DNA from: a virus
Reading direction: 5' to 3' (one strand)
Virus record (IMG/VR): IMGVR_UViG_3300031603_000001
Span: 96,001-160,000 of that record
Length of the DNA: 64,000 nt
In this document: one piece after another, positions 20,658-31,449 of the stretch
How positions within the stretch are numbered: position 1 is the first letter of the stretch
How the letters are laid out: every line of letters begins with the position of its first letter
Translations under genes and position numbers: made by a program
The notes under the pieces: model-generated
Database searches by the model: none
What the model saw: only the letters and a program-made list of their open reading frames with translations
Told to the model about the DNA's origin: nothing

Positions 20658-20764
20658 CCCTCTGACGGGTCTCGAACCCGTAACCAGAAGCTGACGTACG
20701 ATAATCCACGGCGCGATGCCGCAACGACCGTACACTTCCGCTCTGCCAATTGAGCTACTGTGTT
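20658..20764 (-). ncRNA. degenerate tRNA-like element with extended anticodon arm
   Basis: D arm GCTCAATTGGCAGAGC and T arm ACGGG-TTCGAGA-CCCGT; about 44-nt insert; acceptor strands do not pair. Confidence 0.55.
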
Positions 20765-20772
20765 CACAATAG

Positions 20773-20877
20773 GGGAGGAAGGCGGACTCGAACCACCAAC
20801 CGGGAATGATTGTACGTAAAGATAGTCGCAATGACTATCCGAGGTACATCCTGCTCTGCCAGTTGAGCTATACCTCC
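20773..20877 (-). ncRNA. tRNA-like RNA with anticodon loop replaced by a long hairpin
   Basis: Acceptor GGAGGTA/TTCCTCC, D and T arms intact; TGTAC/GTACA stem plus GATAGTC/GACTATC hairpin. Confidence 0.7.
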
Positions 20878-21014
20878 ATTAAGTGTCTATTTAGTTCCAG
20901 ACGGGAGTGCGAACATAACTATACCCCTTTCCGTCATTGTTTTGCAAATGACCTCGTCGAAATCTTTCTCTAAACTTCTTCTTAATACCCTTACACCTAG
21001 GGCCGGGTAAATCT

Positions 21015-21083
21015 TGGAGAGGAAGCAGGGTCAAACCTGCAACCAGGCGAAATGCCCGCTCTGCCTATTGAGCTGTACCCCTC
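21015..21083 (-). ncRNA. tRNA-like RNA with truncated anticodon arm, ends in CCA
   Basis: D arm GCTCAATAGGCAGAGC, GGC-ATTTC-GCC mini-arm, GCAGG-TTTGAC-CCTGC T arm. Confidence 0.6.
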
Positions 21084-23210
21084 AACTCGTAGTCTCGCAT
21101 CAGACGGTTAAAAACCCTCAGATGCTTGATTTCGAATTCCTCCCAAAGGAGGCAATAAACCTATTAAAATGGCTTTAATATACTACCAATCGTTATACGG
21201 GGCTTAGTAAGAGTTTAAATAGTAAACTCTTTATAAGAAGCCTCTGTTTCATATGTTACGTACCATTCAGTTACAGTGCTGTTAACAGTCTTTGATCTAA
21301 CCTCTGTGACCTTAAAAGGATGTTTATCATTAGCATGATAACAACCGGTCATTAAAATTATCACACTAAGCGGTACTAGTAGTTTCTTCAGTTTCTTCAT
21401 TAACCTTTTCCTTTACTACAGTGAATTTGCCGTCTTTCTCTTCAATGAAGATTTTTCCACTAGTTTCTGCTGTAACTGTACCATCTAAAACCTCTTTCAT
21501 GTTTAAGAGGGTAGCCTGGCTCATGACGTAATTTATGACATGCACCTGCTTCCGGTCCAGTACAGTCTCGTCACCAATTCCTTTATAACGAGACTTCCAC
21601 GTAACCATAGGGAGGCGCTCACTCTCAGAGAGTTTGCCTTCGAGGGTCACTACGTTTCCCTCTTTATCCGTAATGGTTATCTTCTCATAGAAGAACATCA
21701 TACGCCTTGGTACAAATCCCAAGTTGCGCCACAGCCGTGCAGCTGTACTACCATTGCAGCTAATGCCTCAGGAATAGTATCCATAGTTGCAGATAGATGC
21801 CATTTGTTACAAGTCACCGTGACATTAGTATTATCAGGACGATTCCCCACGAACACATTAATAACTGGAAGATATTCCATCAATTCCACTACTGTGTACA
21901 CCGGGATAGCCTGAGTAATCAGACCAGCCACTTTCTCGGCATCATGCCTCGTAATAGGATCCCATAGATCACCGGATCCGGGTCTAGGAACATACACGAA
22001 GTACGAGTCCTTAGCATTAGGCATTATACGTGCAAGACTTTTAGCTTCGCTTACACCTCCGGCCGTCATGTGATAGATAGCACTGCCCAGGGATTCCACC
22101 TGTACCGCTGTGCTCATAGCCTGGCGTAAGCCAGTGAGTATAGCTAACTTAAGATGATATTCCTCGTATTCATCTCCGAACGCTTTCGACATAGTCTCAT
22201 AAAGATCTACAACCTTGTCAGCCAGTTCGCTGGCTTCTTGTATCAGTTTGTTATTATCCACGATGATACTCCTGTATCTAAATTTTGATCCAAGGGGAGA
22301 GTCGAACTCACCGACCGGCGTCTACGACGCTGCTCTGCCACAATGGTCAGCTGATGCCATCACTGAGCTACTTGGATCGACGGGACGTGACCATAGGTCG
22401 GCCCCCGAAGTTTCTAGGAACCGGGTTTAGGTTCTTAGTACTCTTTGGGACTTCATCATCCGTCATGACGTTAGAGACCTCTGCATACTGCAACCGCAGT
22501 TCTGTACCAGCATGCCTCTTACGTGAATTCTTTAAAGCCGCGAGAGCTGTGCCTCTATTGAAGCCATACACCTTCTTAAGATGCCATACCCCTACATGTT
22601 TCATTTCAATCCAGTACACTTTGCTTGAATGAGCCTCGATTATCATTCGAGTAAGAAGTTTTTAAGCTTTTTGCTACGAATACCTCTCACCGCGGCGGCG
22701 AAGGTCGTTTGCCTACCATCTTCGCTATAAAGTAATACTACTGTAAATAAACCCCTTTGGTCTATTGTTTCAAGTTTAATCATCGAAGAATACCAGACAT
22801 GTCTCTATCTGTTTCATTAGTGAGTGTTAAACATTTTGCATGATCAATGTGTACGTACTTGGGACTAACCCAAATAACTTTATCATTAAACACTACACCC
22901 AATTTGATCTTCTCCATTACGTAAGGCCCACCTGTGATGGGATCCAAATGTATATTATGACGCTGTACGGCGATACTCTGTGAGAATTTAGGTACAACTG
23001 TAGTTATAACGGCACCTGAATAGGATGCTTCTACATTTTTCCAATCGGCGTCGTGTATCTTTTGACCGTATTTCTTCCCTAGTATAAGCCAGGTAAGCTC
23101 ACCCTTAGCATTCATGCTAACGGACCATTCTCCGTCCTTAAGGCCGGAGATATAGGTTTCAAAGATTAAATATTCTTCGGATTCTACTATTAGTTTTGGT
23201 GTATTACTCA

Positions 23211-23495
23211 TTACCAATCCATTCCATTTGATTTAATAGAGGCTATGCCATGTAGGCATGCGACTGCTACGTCCGTGAGCTCTTTCTCGACATTGTCGAT
23301 ATCATTGCTCTTGACGGTGTCTACGAGTTCATAGAACTCTTCAGTGACTATGCCTAAGATTTCGTGAGAGGACGCACAGATGTGCGGTCCCTTCTCCTGG
23401 AGCCTGCGGATCCACTCTTCGTAGATCTTCTTATGTGTTTCATTTATTAAACGAGGGGTAACTTCAGGACGTTCCATTAGTATCTTCCTTATCAC
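23211..23495 (-). CDS. MazG-like nucleotide pyrophosphohydrolase
   Basis: EILGIVTEEFYEL..EKELTDVAVAC (EEXXE..EXXD). Confidence 0.75.
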   Translation of the reverse strand: MIRKILMERPEVTPRLINETHKKIYEEWIRRLQEKGPHICASSHEILGIVTEEFYELVDTVKSNDIDNVEKELTDVAVACLHGIASIKSNGMDW

Positions 23496-24198
23496 AGTTA
23501 ACTAGGGGATCGATGATAGCATCGAGTATCTCGAACCGTGGTTTAATGTCGACACGTTGTATGATAGTCGACCTTACGAACTTAGTAATATAAGTCCCAT
23601 TCTTTCCCCGTTCGGAGATATCATGGGCCCATCGTAAGCCCTTGTCATGTAACATATCGTGCATAGCCTCTTGGTTCTTACCATGCAATTGCTTCTGAGA
23701 GTAATTAGCCTGGGCGTACATCTGTACAGAATTACGTTCCCAGTCTTTAGCTCTCCATAGGAAGTAATTAGTAACTTCTTCCCGCGGTACATTGAACGCA
23801 CGTGCATCGAAGCATGCTATTTTACCATTATCAATGTTTTCATAGGCTTCTTTAGCAAAGTAGGCAGTCATCATACTGGCTAGTACAGACTCGATCTTAT
23901 TCTGAACATATCCAAAATAAGCATCAGTATCGTGAGTAGCATAATCTGTTAACAGAATAGATACTTCATCACTTTGTACGAAAGCGAGTTGAAATCCCTG
24001 GATTTGTCTACACATGTTTTGCGCAGCAATAGCCATTGAACTCATAAATGGTTCATGGAACATTGGCATACCTCTGGTGTACGAGTGGAATGCTTTTCCA
24101 TCTAATCTGACGATAACAGGCATCCTACGAATAAGCTTGTGTTTTGCACGCTTCTCGTAGTTCTCCTTCATACGATCGCCAAGGCCTGTCTTATCCAA
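23464..24198 (-). CDS. thg1: tRNA-His guanylyltransferase (Thg1/TLP)
   Basis: RLDGKAFH, FVQSDEVS, FDARAF, YFLWR..D..RNS. Confidence 0.93.
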   Translation of the reverse strand: MDKTGLGDRMKENYEKRAKHKLIRRMPVIVRLDGKAFHSYTRGMPMFHEPFMSSMAIAAQNMCRQIQGFQLAFVQSDEVSILLTDYATHDTDAYFGYVQNKIESVLASMMTAYFAKEAYENIDNGKIACFDARAFNVPREEVTNYFLWRAKDWERNSVQMYAQANYSQKQLHGKNQEAMHDMLHDKGLRWAHDISERGKNGTYITKFVRSTIIQRVDIKPRFEILDAIIDPLVNCDKEDTNGTS

Positions 24199-24914
24199 TG
24201 TCCCATTTGGGATATGAAATCCCCATCAAGACGGGTGCAATCAATAAACTCTTTTCTTCTTCAGACATGGTTTACTATTTTCTCCATTTTAATACTCTAA
24301 GTACAAGTTTCTGAATCTTATTAAACTCAGGGGGATTAGGATCATCGAAATCATCGATGTATTCCCAGGGTGAGCCTATACTCTCCTCTTGCCCATCAGC
24401 ACGAATAGCTAATAGATAGAAATCCTCATCTATTAAGATGAGCTTCTCTACCGCGTCGACTATAGGGTCCCCGGGTGGCCAACGCCACTCCTCTAGTTCC
24501 CCAAAGATCCTACCTTTACGATATTTGATTGAATCCCAATCACTCTCAGGTATGATTTCAAATAGATCACGCTTATAATCTTGTGTGACACCTATTTGTA
24601 TATGATATTTATCAGACATTCGTACCCTAACTTAGTATCAGGACTAAAGCGAGTACTAATAGCTCATATAGCTTCATCAATAGCCACGAGACGATCAATC
24701 TCGATCTCGAACTCATGATTACGTTTACTATTAGAGTAAACTCGAGCTGTTCCGAACTTCAACTTCACCTGGGCGAATTGAAAGTTAGAATTAGCCTCTA
24801 TCTCCTCGGCGAACACCCTATCTAGGTATTCAGTTACCGAAGGGTAATCAAACTCAAGACCATAGAACTTATCCTCAATATGATCTTTATACTTTTCGTT
24901 AAATTCTAATTCAG

Positions 24915-25397
24915 TCATATAACAGTACCTATTAAAATAGTAATACCAATTACTACGAATGCCCAGATCTTTTTACCAGTAAACCATGGGATGTTGTAGC
25001 CAAGTATGTGCCACTTCCATCCAGTTTCTTTGTACATAGTAAGACTACATACATAATTCAAACTAGCTTCGTATAAGAATAATCCGATAAACCATGCTCC
25101 GATACCAGGCCAAAAGGCCGATGGCCCTATTAACATGGCGAGCATTACCGCTCCCCAGATGCCAACGTTTTCGAGTATTCTCCAAGCATGATAATCCATC
25201 AAACCATTATGCGCAGCGTTTGGATGAATCAACTTATTGAACAGTCTTTGTTTCTGACCTGCCCAGGTATAGCCTTCGGTAACTCCTTCAGCTAACCAGT
25301 ACAGTATTACTGCTAATATAAACGATATCATTAATATCATATACATTTCCTTATTTTGATATAACGTTAGTACCGAGAACAGGAGTCGAACCTGCAT
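24915..25397 (-). CDS. multi-pass membrane protein
   Basis: Three to four hydrophobic segments; the annotated start overlaps the tRNA remnant, so the true start is probably the internal Met. Confidence 0.6.
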   Translation of the reverse strand: MQVRLLFSVLTLYQNKEMYMILMISFILAVILYWLAEGVTEGYTWAGQKQRLFNKLIHPNAAHNGLMDYHAWRILENVGIWGAVMLAMLIGPSAFWPGIGAWFIGLFLYEASLNYVCSLTMYKETGWKWHILGYNIPWFTGKKIWAFVVIGITILIGTVI

Positions 25398-25422
25398 AGG
25401 AGTTACCCCACTGGATCCTCAG
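25371..25422 (-). pseudogene. 3' half of tRNA-Leu(GAG)
   Basis: CTGAGGA-TCCAG, long variable arm, GCAGG-TTCGACT-CCTGT, TCTCGGTA; the 5' half is absent. Confidence 0.75.
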
Positions 25423-25428
25423 TATATG

Positions 25429-25509
25429 TACCACTGGAGGGAGTCGAACCCCCACGCACTTAGCACTGCGCCCTAAACGCAGCGTGTCTACCAGTTTCAC
25501 CACAGTGGC
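25429..25509 (-). tRNA. tRNA-Leu(TAG)
   Basis: Full cloverleaf, CTGCG-TT TAG GG-CGCAG, long variable arm. Confidence 0.9.
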
Positions 25510-26072
25510 ATATTAACTATACGGGTCCGATTTGATACGGACACCCACTTTTACCTCCGCCCGACGAATACACGTCTTTGCTACTGTTTTCACTATTAGT
25601 CCCTTCATAGGGAACATCCTGCTTCTGCCAGTTTGGGGCTCTCGGTCACCGCGGCTAGACGTATCATAGAGCAACTATGAATTGCGCTACTTAAATCTGT
25701 GGGCTCACAAGCCATGAGAGGGGTTACTTACCGCACGGCCAGCCGGCCTAACGCTTACCCAACCATATGTTAATTCTTATTGATAATACAAAGCATCATA
25801 CTTTGATATATTCAAACTAAATCCAAGTACATCGTGGAAAAACCTACACGCACTACTAAATGGTGGCAACCCGGGATACATCCCATCCGTATCCAGTGCC
25901 TGGCTGACATCCGTCGTCCAGTACACGTGTAACTTATCAATAGTATCATTATGTATGAAGTATTTCATGTCGTACCAAATCTTATAGGCTTTCATTACTC
26001 TCCGTAGTACTGCCAGTCATCCTGTTTTAGGATGACGGGCAATCACTTTATATGCTATTATTTCATGTATGT

Positions 26073-26145
26073 GCCGTAAAATGGATTCGAACTCACATAC
26101 TCCCGTTTTGCACGCGGACGCCTGCCCAATCCAGCCATCTAGACA
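26073..26145 (-). pseudogene. decayed tRNA-like remnant (possible GCA anticodon)
   Basis: TTCGAAT loop and GTGCAAA loop, but the stems pair poorly. Confidence 0.35.
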
Positions 26146-27165
26146 GATTTCATAGATCCTGGTCTATTAGTATGTATCTCCGAAACAAATAGTGATATCC
26201 TCGTTCAACATGTCCAGGACTTTAGAACCGCCCTTGACAAAGATCTCTGATAAATCACTTCTCATATGCCAAACATTTAGTATACGATTCATTATAAGTA
26301 AGCGAGCCGTAGCGTCAGACGTAGCTATAGCTTTGGTAGCTAACTCAAGTAAAGGACTAAGACCATAGTCAGATATAAATACCTGACGATCAAAATCATA
26401 AAACTGGAAACATTGAGGATCATACCACGCATCGTGCCAGTCCTCTACTTGTTTCGAAGTTAAATTAAAGTATTCCTCGGGATTAGTTTGAGTATGGCCA
26501 GCTAGTATAGTATTAGCATTGAGTTTAGCTATATTCCACAAAGACCTCTCGATAACCTTATGGACTTGTTTCTCATGACCATGCTGTAACACACCTACGT
26601 ATGAATACTGACGGAACAATCTTTGCAGAATCAAAGGATTTACAGGCCTCATTGGCATGTAACTCTTCTCTAATACTTTCTCCCGCAGTGCTTCCTTAAT
26701 AGGTTCTTCATATTGCTCGATCCAATCCCACATCGCATCATGATTCACGATGCTTGATGATAACTTCTTCACTAATAAGATACGCTATGACCTCGTCGTT
26801 TCTCTATCACTACATGTGATATAAACCAGATTAGCATTGAGATTAACCCCATAATAAGTCATGTTTGGACTTTTTGTATGAGGGTTAAATGTGACAGATT
26901 TATCATGCTTCGCCTGCCTCTTCGAGTTCTTCTTGATTAAAGTTCCAGAGCTTTTTCTTCATATCCTGAAGTCTACCCTGAGCTACGTGTTCCTCCGTAT
27001 AAGGTTCTCTGCTAGCGCGTAGTTCGTCGAGCTTTTCCTTAGTAGGATCAACGAAGTCAGCTCTAACTGAGGTTATTCCTACGTAATAACCACATGTTAT
27101 TGAACAACATAAGTAATCTTCTACTGCTCTAAAGCAGTCTTTAGTTATACATTTATATTCCATAG

Positions 27166-27241
27166 CGGGGCGTACGAGATTTGAACTCGTGGTTTCTACC
27201 TTGACAAGGTAGTGCATTAAGCCGGATTATGCTAACGTCCC
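27166..27241 (-). tRNA. tRNA-Asp(GTC)
   Basis: CTACC-TT GTC AA-GGTAG, one acceptor mismatch. Confidence 0.88.
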
Positions 27242-28994
27242 TTAAATCATACACTATTGAGTTTGTCCATCTGGAGCTTACTCCATCTAGACATGTACTC
27301 ATTTATATCAAGCGTCTCTGCTGGATCTTCCTCAGGCTGAGTAATAGCCCAGGGATCAAACACAGAGGTACCTACTTGTTCCAATGTAATTGGATTTGCA
27401 GGAAAACACATGAGGTCTATTTTAATAACCTTAACGAGATCTTTATACCTCGACATGATGTAATTCCTCTTTACCTTCACGTATTACACGAATACTCAGT
27501 GCACGTGCATGTTTGACCTTCTCATCGTCGTACCAACCGCGGTTATCATAACCTAGGTATGCGTACAACGGACCGTTACGGTCGTAAAGCTCATCATCAA
27601 TGGCTTCAATCTGGCGCCATATGACTTCATCAGATATACGGTAATGTGTTACCATATAAGGTTGAATCTTAAGTGCAAATCTCCATTGCTTATCTATTAT
27701 CCAGCGATGGGTAATACCAAAACGTTTAGAATGACTATACGATTTGAAGAAATACTTCTTTAAATGTTCAGGTACTTTATTGTAATCACGTTGTGATAGA
27801 GATTTGAGTACTTGAATAGTGTTAGTCTTAGTCTTAGGACGATTACGATAATGACGTCTGAACTTACTTCCCTTTACAGGTTTGATATGAGTAAAGCTTT
27901 TATCCCGACTGTACGTAGTGTGATTCACATACTTAAGTAGCTCTGTAAAGATAGCCGCCTGGCTGCTGCGTAGAACATCGTCCCGTACAACAAAGAACCG
28001 TTCGTACCCAACTTGTTCTGGTTTGTCTAGAATAATCCAATGTATGGATTTACTGTATTCTTTACGTAAGACTTTCTCGTTCTGCCGTAGGGTGTTAACT
28101 CTTGCTTCACGACTCTTATGAGTAGCTTGCCGTTCTAGCCTACCCATTAAGCTGCAATCTTTATAATACGAGGCCAGCCTTCGGCTTCTGTATTTGATTT
28201 ATTATCAACTACAGCTAAGGGTCCCTTCCGTCGCCAGAAGCGAGCAGGCGTATGTGCATCGCCCTCTCTATGCCAATATTTGCCTATACCACTAAGTTCT
28301 ACTTCTAATCCAAATTGAGTTTGTTCCTCTGCTTCGTTGAACGCAGCAATGGTGAATTCTGTAAACTGAACCTTACCATTCCTATCTTTATGAATTACTG
28401 GCATAATATCCTCTATAGTTTTAGACTCCGGAGGGCATCGAATCTCCATACAATTAAGCGACGACGTTTAAAGCCGTTGCGTCTACTTATACAATAATTA
28501 TATGCAGATTGAGTCCTAACTAGGTCTCAATCTGCATAATTCTTATCCGAAGACTGATTGACCTTCTAGGTTCGTGTCTCCGGCATCTGAAGCCATGTAA
28601 CGAGTGACATAGCCCATTTGTACTCTTCCCAGCAACAATAGTTCCATACACTCTCACTATTGTGATTTGGTATGTATCTATTTATAGCGGTAAGGTATTT
28701 GTATAATATAGATTTAGAATGCGGGTCGACACCCGGGCGACTAGGGTTGCTGGAATTGGGTGTAGTCCTCACCAGCGTTGTCTTACCGGTCATTCCCTTT
28801 TCAGGGACAGTGAGCGGCGTGCATGTTTATACCGTATCTCCTTAGGATGGTGTCATTCGAGGCTACCCTCTTCCTACACTCAGTGCTAAGCACGATCCTA
28901 AATCTATAAAGGTCAGTACGAATGATTCGTGAACAGGCTCATTCAGGCCTTTATACGGCTGATCCATCAGTGTGTACTATCACGATGGGCCCAG

Positions 28995-29066
28995 CGGGGC
29001 GGACGGGGCTCGAACCCGTAACTTCCAGGTTGACAACCTGGTGCTCTACCATTGAACTACCGCCCC
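28995..29066 (-). tRNA. tRNA-Asp(GTC), second copy
   Basis: CCAGG-TT GTC AA-CCTGG, perfect cloverleaf. Confidence 0.92.
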
Positions 29067-29100
29067 AGATCTAGTGATTTTGTCACGGGGTCAAACATAT

Positions 29101-29231
29101 TATGAGCGACCGGATTCGAACTGGCGCACCTAGCTTAGATTATAGTGTGAGGTAGGTACCGTAATTCACACCTCTTACTAGTATATGACCGGGATTATGT
29201 TCCCGCGCTCTACCAATTGAGCTACACTCAC
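29101..29231 (-). ncRNA. tRNA-Met-like RNA with about 55-nt variable-region insertion
   Basis: Acceptor GTGAGTG/CGCTCAT, D arm, CGGGA-ACATAA-TCCCG (6-nt loop), insert with GTGTGA/TCACAC stem, T loop TTCGAAT. Confidence 0.7.
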
Positions 29232-29238
29232 AATTTTG

Positions 29239-29313
29239 TACGCCAGGTAGGAATTGAACCCACGACCTTCCCGTCCGTAGCGGGGCACTCTATCCAGACT
29301 GAGCTACTGGCGC
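29239..29313 (-). tRNA. tRNA-Arg(ACG)
   Basis: Cloverleaf, loop CT ACG GA. Confidence 0.9.
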
Positions 29314-29652
29314 ATATATGCAGATTGAGATTTAGTTTGGACTTGCTCCAGGCAGCGGCACTGGTGTTACCCACTTCTGCTACCCTTGGCGTACCTTGTT
29401 ACATTCTGGATAGTTAACATCCCCAGAGCTACAATGATCGTGATCTCGGTTTTCCCGTGCTTACGACACTTATACCTATATCTGCATAGTTTTATCTAAT
29501 TGACTGGTTGACCTTTTACTTAAAAGGTCACTAGAGGGAGGGTTTGAACCTCCCCACCCACCAAACGTCTAGGCATGCCACCTTTGGTGAATTAACGTAA
29601 CAAGAGCTGCGTGTGCTTTGCAAATGCGATGCAGCCTGTCTGTCCAAGCGCG

Positions 29653-29725
29653 TGGACCACCGGGGGCTCGAACCCCGAACCTCCGCCTTGCAAGGGCGGC
29701 GCTCTCCCAATTGAGCTAGTGGCCC
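29653..29725 (-). tRNA. tRNA-Ala(TGC)
   Basis: Cloverleaf, CCGCC-CT TGC AA-GGCGG. Confidence 0.92.
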
Positions 29726-29813
29726 AAATAATGCCAGAGCAACTTAGGATATCGATAGACTTCTGTATGGCCATACATATGCCGTACATCCTTCACGCAT
29801 TCTGGCAACGATT

Positions 29814-30086
29814 TTACTGCTCTACTACCCGAAACAATCTGTTTGCTCTAATGGTAGTAGTTCTTTGAGTAGTCTTCTTAAGTTCAACATTGTTTTCGTA
29901 AATAGAAGCATACGTTGACAGTACTTCTAACCTAACTGTCTTCTTTATACTATCTGCTGACATGGATCTCCCAAGTAAATTATGGGTAACCCCATTTGTA
30001 CATCTATGATAACCATAGAGGCTACCGTTTACTATAGGATTTCCTAAAGCATCTAAAATCATATAACCTTCTCTTTCTCTGTACAC
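29814..30086 (-). CDS. small protein related to the KOW-like trio (true start probably MILDALG)
   Basis: DALGNPIVNG resembles the DALG/DAFG N-termini at 4.8-5.5 kb. Confidence 0.5.
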   Translation of the reverse strand: MYREREGYMILDALGNPIVNGSLYGYHRCTNGVTHNLLGRSMSADSIKKTVRLEVLSTYASIYENNVELKKTTQRTTTIRANRLFRVVEQ

Positions 30087-30156
30087 CTGGATGGATTCGA
30101 ACCACCGACGTCCTCCTTGTAAGGGAGGCGCTCTAAACCAACTGAGCTACAGGTGC
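30082..30156 (-). tRNA. tRNA-Val(TAC)
   Basis: Cloverleaf, CCTCC-CT TAC AA-GGAGG. Confidence 0.92.
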
Positions 30157-30170
30157 AAATAGTATCTTAG

Positions 30171-30303
30171 AACCTTTCGGTAACCTCCGATACTTCACTT
30201 TATAGGCGTCCTATCCGCTAGACGACCGGCCCCTGGGGGACCAGGCGAGATTTGAACTCGCGTTTCCTCCTTGATATGGTAGTTAGGGTTTGCTGTGAGG
30301 TTT
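30171..30303 (-). ncRNA. Y RNA (YrlA)-like ncRNA copy A with permuted tRNA module (Asp/Glu/His-like)
   Basis: AAACCTCACAGCAA..T arm GCGAG-TTCAAAT-CTCGC, CTGGTCCC-CCA-GGGGCCGG, D arm GTCTAGCGGATAGGAC..GGTTACCGAAAGGTT. Confidence 0.75.
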
Positions 30304-30311
30304 ATATTAAA

Positions 30312-31196
30312 TCATGATATTTTACGGATAATAACACTATGTATTTGCATTCCTCCACCGTTATTACCAGGATATCTTAGACTCTCGAGTAATGTACGTT
30401 TGTATTTTGTATGATCAAGTCCATTAATAAATGAATACCAAAGCGTTCGTTGTTCGTTTGCATTAACTTGAGCCCTAGTAGTAGTATTTAATATTAAAGC
30501 TAATGGTACACCTATTGTGGTGTTATTCGCTATAAACACTTCTACTTGCTTTAATAAGTTAAGTGTAGTAGACACTTGTAGGTCTAAATTAGCTAAAGTT
30601 AAGTTACGATGTACAGCTTCAAATACATTCTTATTAAAAAGCTCATATCTTTTATTTCCACCAGAAACTATATTATTTAACTCTGTAAAATCCTTTAGTT
30701 TACGGTAGTGCGCAGTGTGGTCACCTGCATATTCATATGTATTAAGTATAGCACTGTGAGGCATAAACTCTAATAACCGTTGTTTGTCAATATCCATTGC
30801 AGTACCCGCTAATGTGATAATCTCTGTATTTGGGAGAATTGGTAAATACCAAGTTACTTCCTTAAATACTTTTGCAAATGCTATATGACGTTGCTGATTA
30901 TGTACGTAATCTAAACCATTAGCTTTGCACTTTTTACAAGTGTATACCTTTTGTTTAGGTTTTACCTCTACAAAACTATAAGCAGGACAATGTTTACATT
31001 TTCTCAGATAAACTCGTTGCACTGCCGCTTTCCCTTGTGAAAGGAAGGGGCCTCTAACTTTAAAGTAATAGTCTTCATTTAATAAACAGTAAACTTTAGT
31101 ATTCCTTTGAGTTATGGTGGCTATTCTTCTTTGCTTAGGGTCTCGGCATCTTGCAGCCTTTGACATGATACTTTGTTTTAGATTTAACTTTTGCAT
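30312..31196 (-). CDS. Zn-ribbon plus putative methyltransferase-fold protein (paralog of 42956-44467)
   Basis: CKHC/CKKC followed by a domain colinear with the C-terminus of the 503-aa ORF. Confidence 0.65.
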   Translation of the reverse strand: MQKLNLKQSIMSKAARCRDPKQRRIATITQRNTKVYCLLNEDYYFKVRGPFLSQGKAAVQRVYLRKCKHCPAYSFVEVKPKQKVYTCKKCKANGLDYVHNQQRHIAFAKVFKEVTWYLPILPNTEIITLAGTAMDIDKQRLLEFMPHSAILNTYEYAGDHTAHYRKLKDFTELNNIVSGGNKRYELFNKNVFEAVHRNLTLANLDLQVSTTLNLLKQVEVFIANNTTIGVPLALILNTTTRAQVNANEQRTLWYSFINGLDHTKYKRTLLESLRYPGNNGGGMQIHSVIIRKIS

Positions 31197-31308
31197 AATA
31201 AATATCCTAGTTATGGCAGTACTCCGCCAATTCTTATGATCAACAGAGTATTACCTCAGATCTTTATATAACCCGTTGTACTGGGATTGTATTACGAATT
31301 ACCATTCG

Positions 31309-31445
31309 AACCTTGCGGTAACCTCTAGGTAACTCTCGTGCTCTAACCAACTGAGCTACTCCCCTATGTTTTGCAGGGGAGACTGGATTCGAACCAGTGA
31401 CCGCGTCATTTGGAGTGATTAGTTTGTTTGTTTGCTGTAAGGTTT
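31309..31445 (-). ncRNA. Y RNA-like ncRNA copy B with permuted tRNA module (Trp-derived)
   Basis: AAACCTTACAGCAA..CTCCAAA TGACG..ACTGG-TTCGAAT-CCAGT, CTCCCCT-GCAAAACAT-AGGGGAG, D arm GCTCAGTTGGTTAGAGC..GGTTACCGCAAGGTT. Confidence 0.78.
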
Positions 31446-31449
31446 CTAA

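Noticed and set aside
20646-20831. 61-aa ORF; also the ORFs at 29592-29789 and 34099-34437
   Set aside because: They overlap tRNA or tRNA-like genes and are translation artefacts.
29525-29560. T-arm-like GGAGG-TTCAAAC-CCTCC near 29.54 kb
   Set aside because: No D arm or matching acceptor 5' strand was found, so it is too fragmentary to call.
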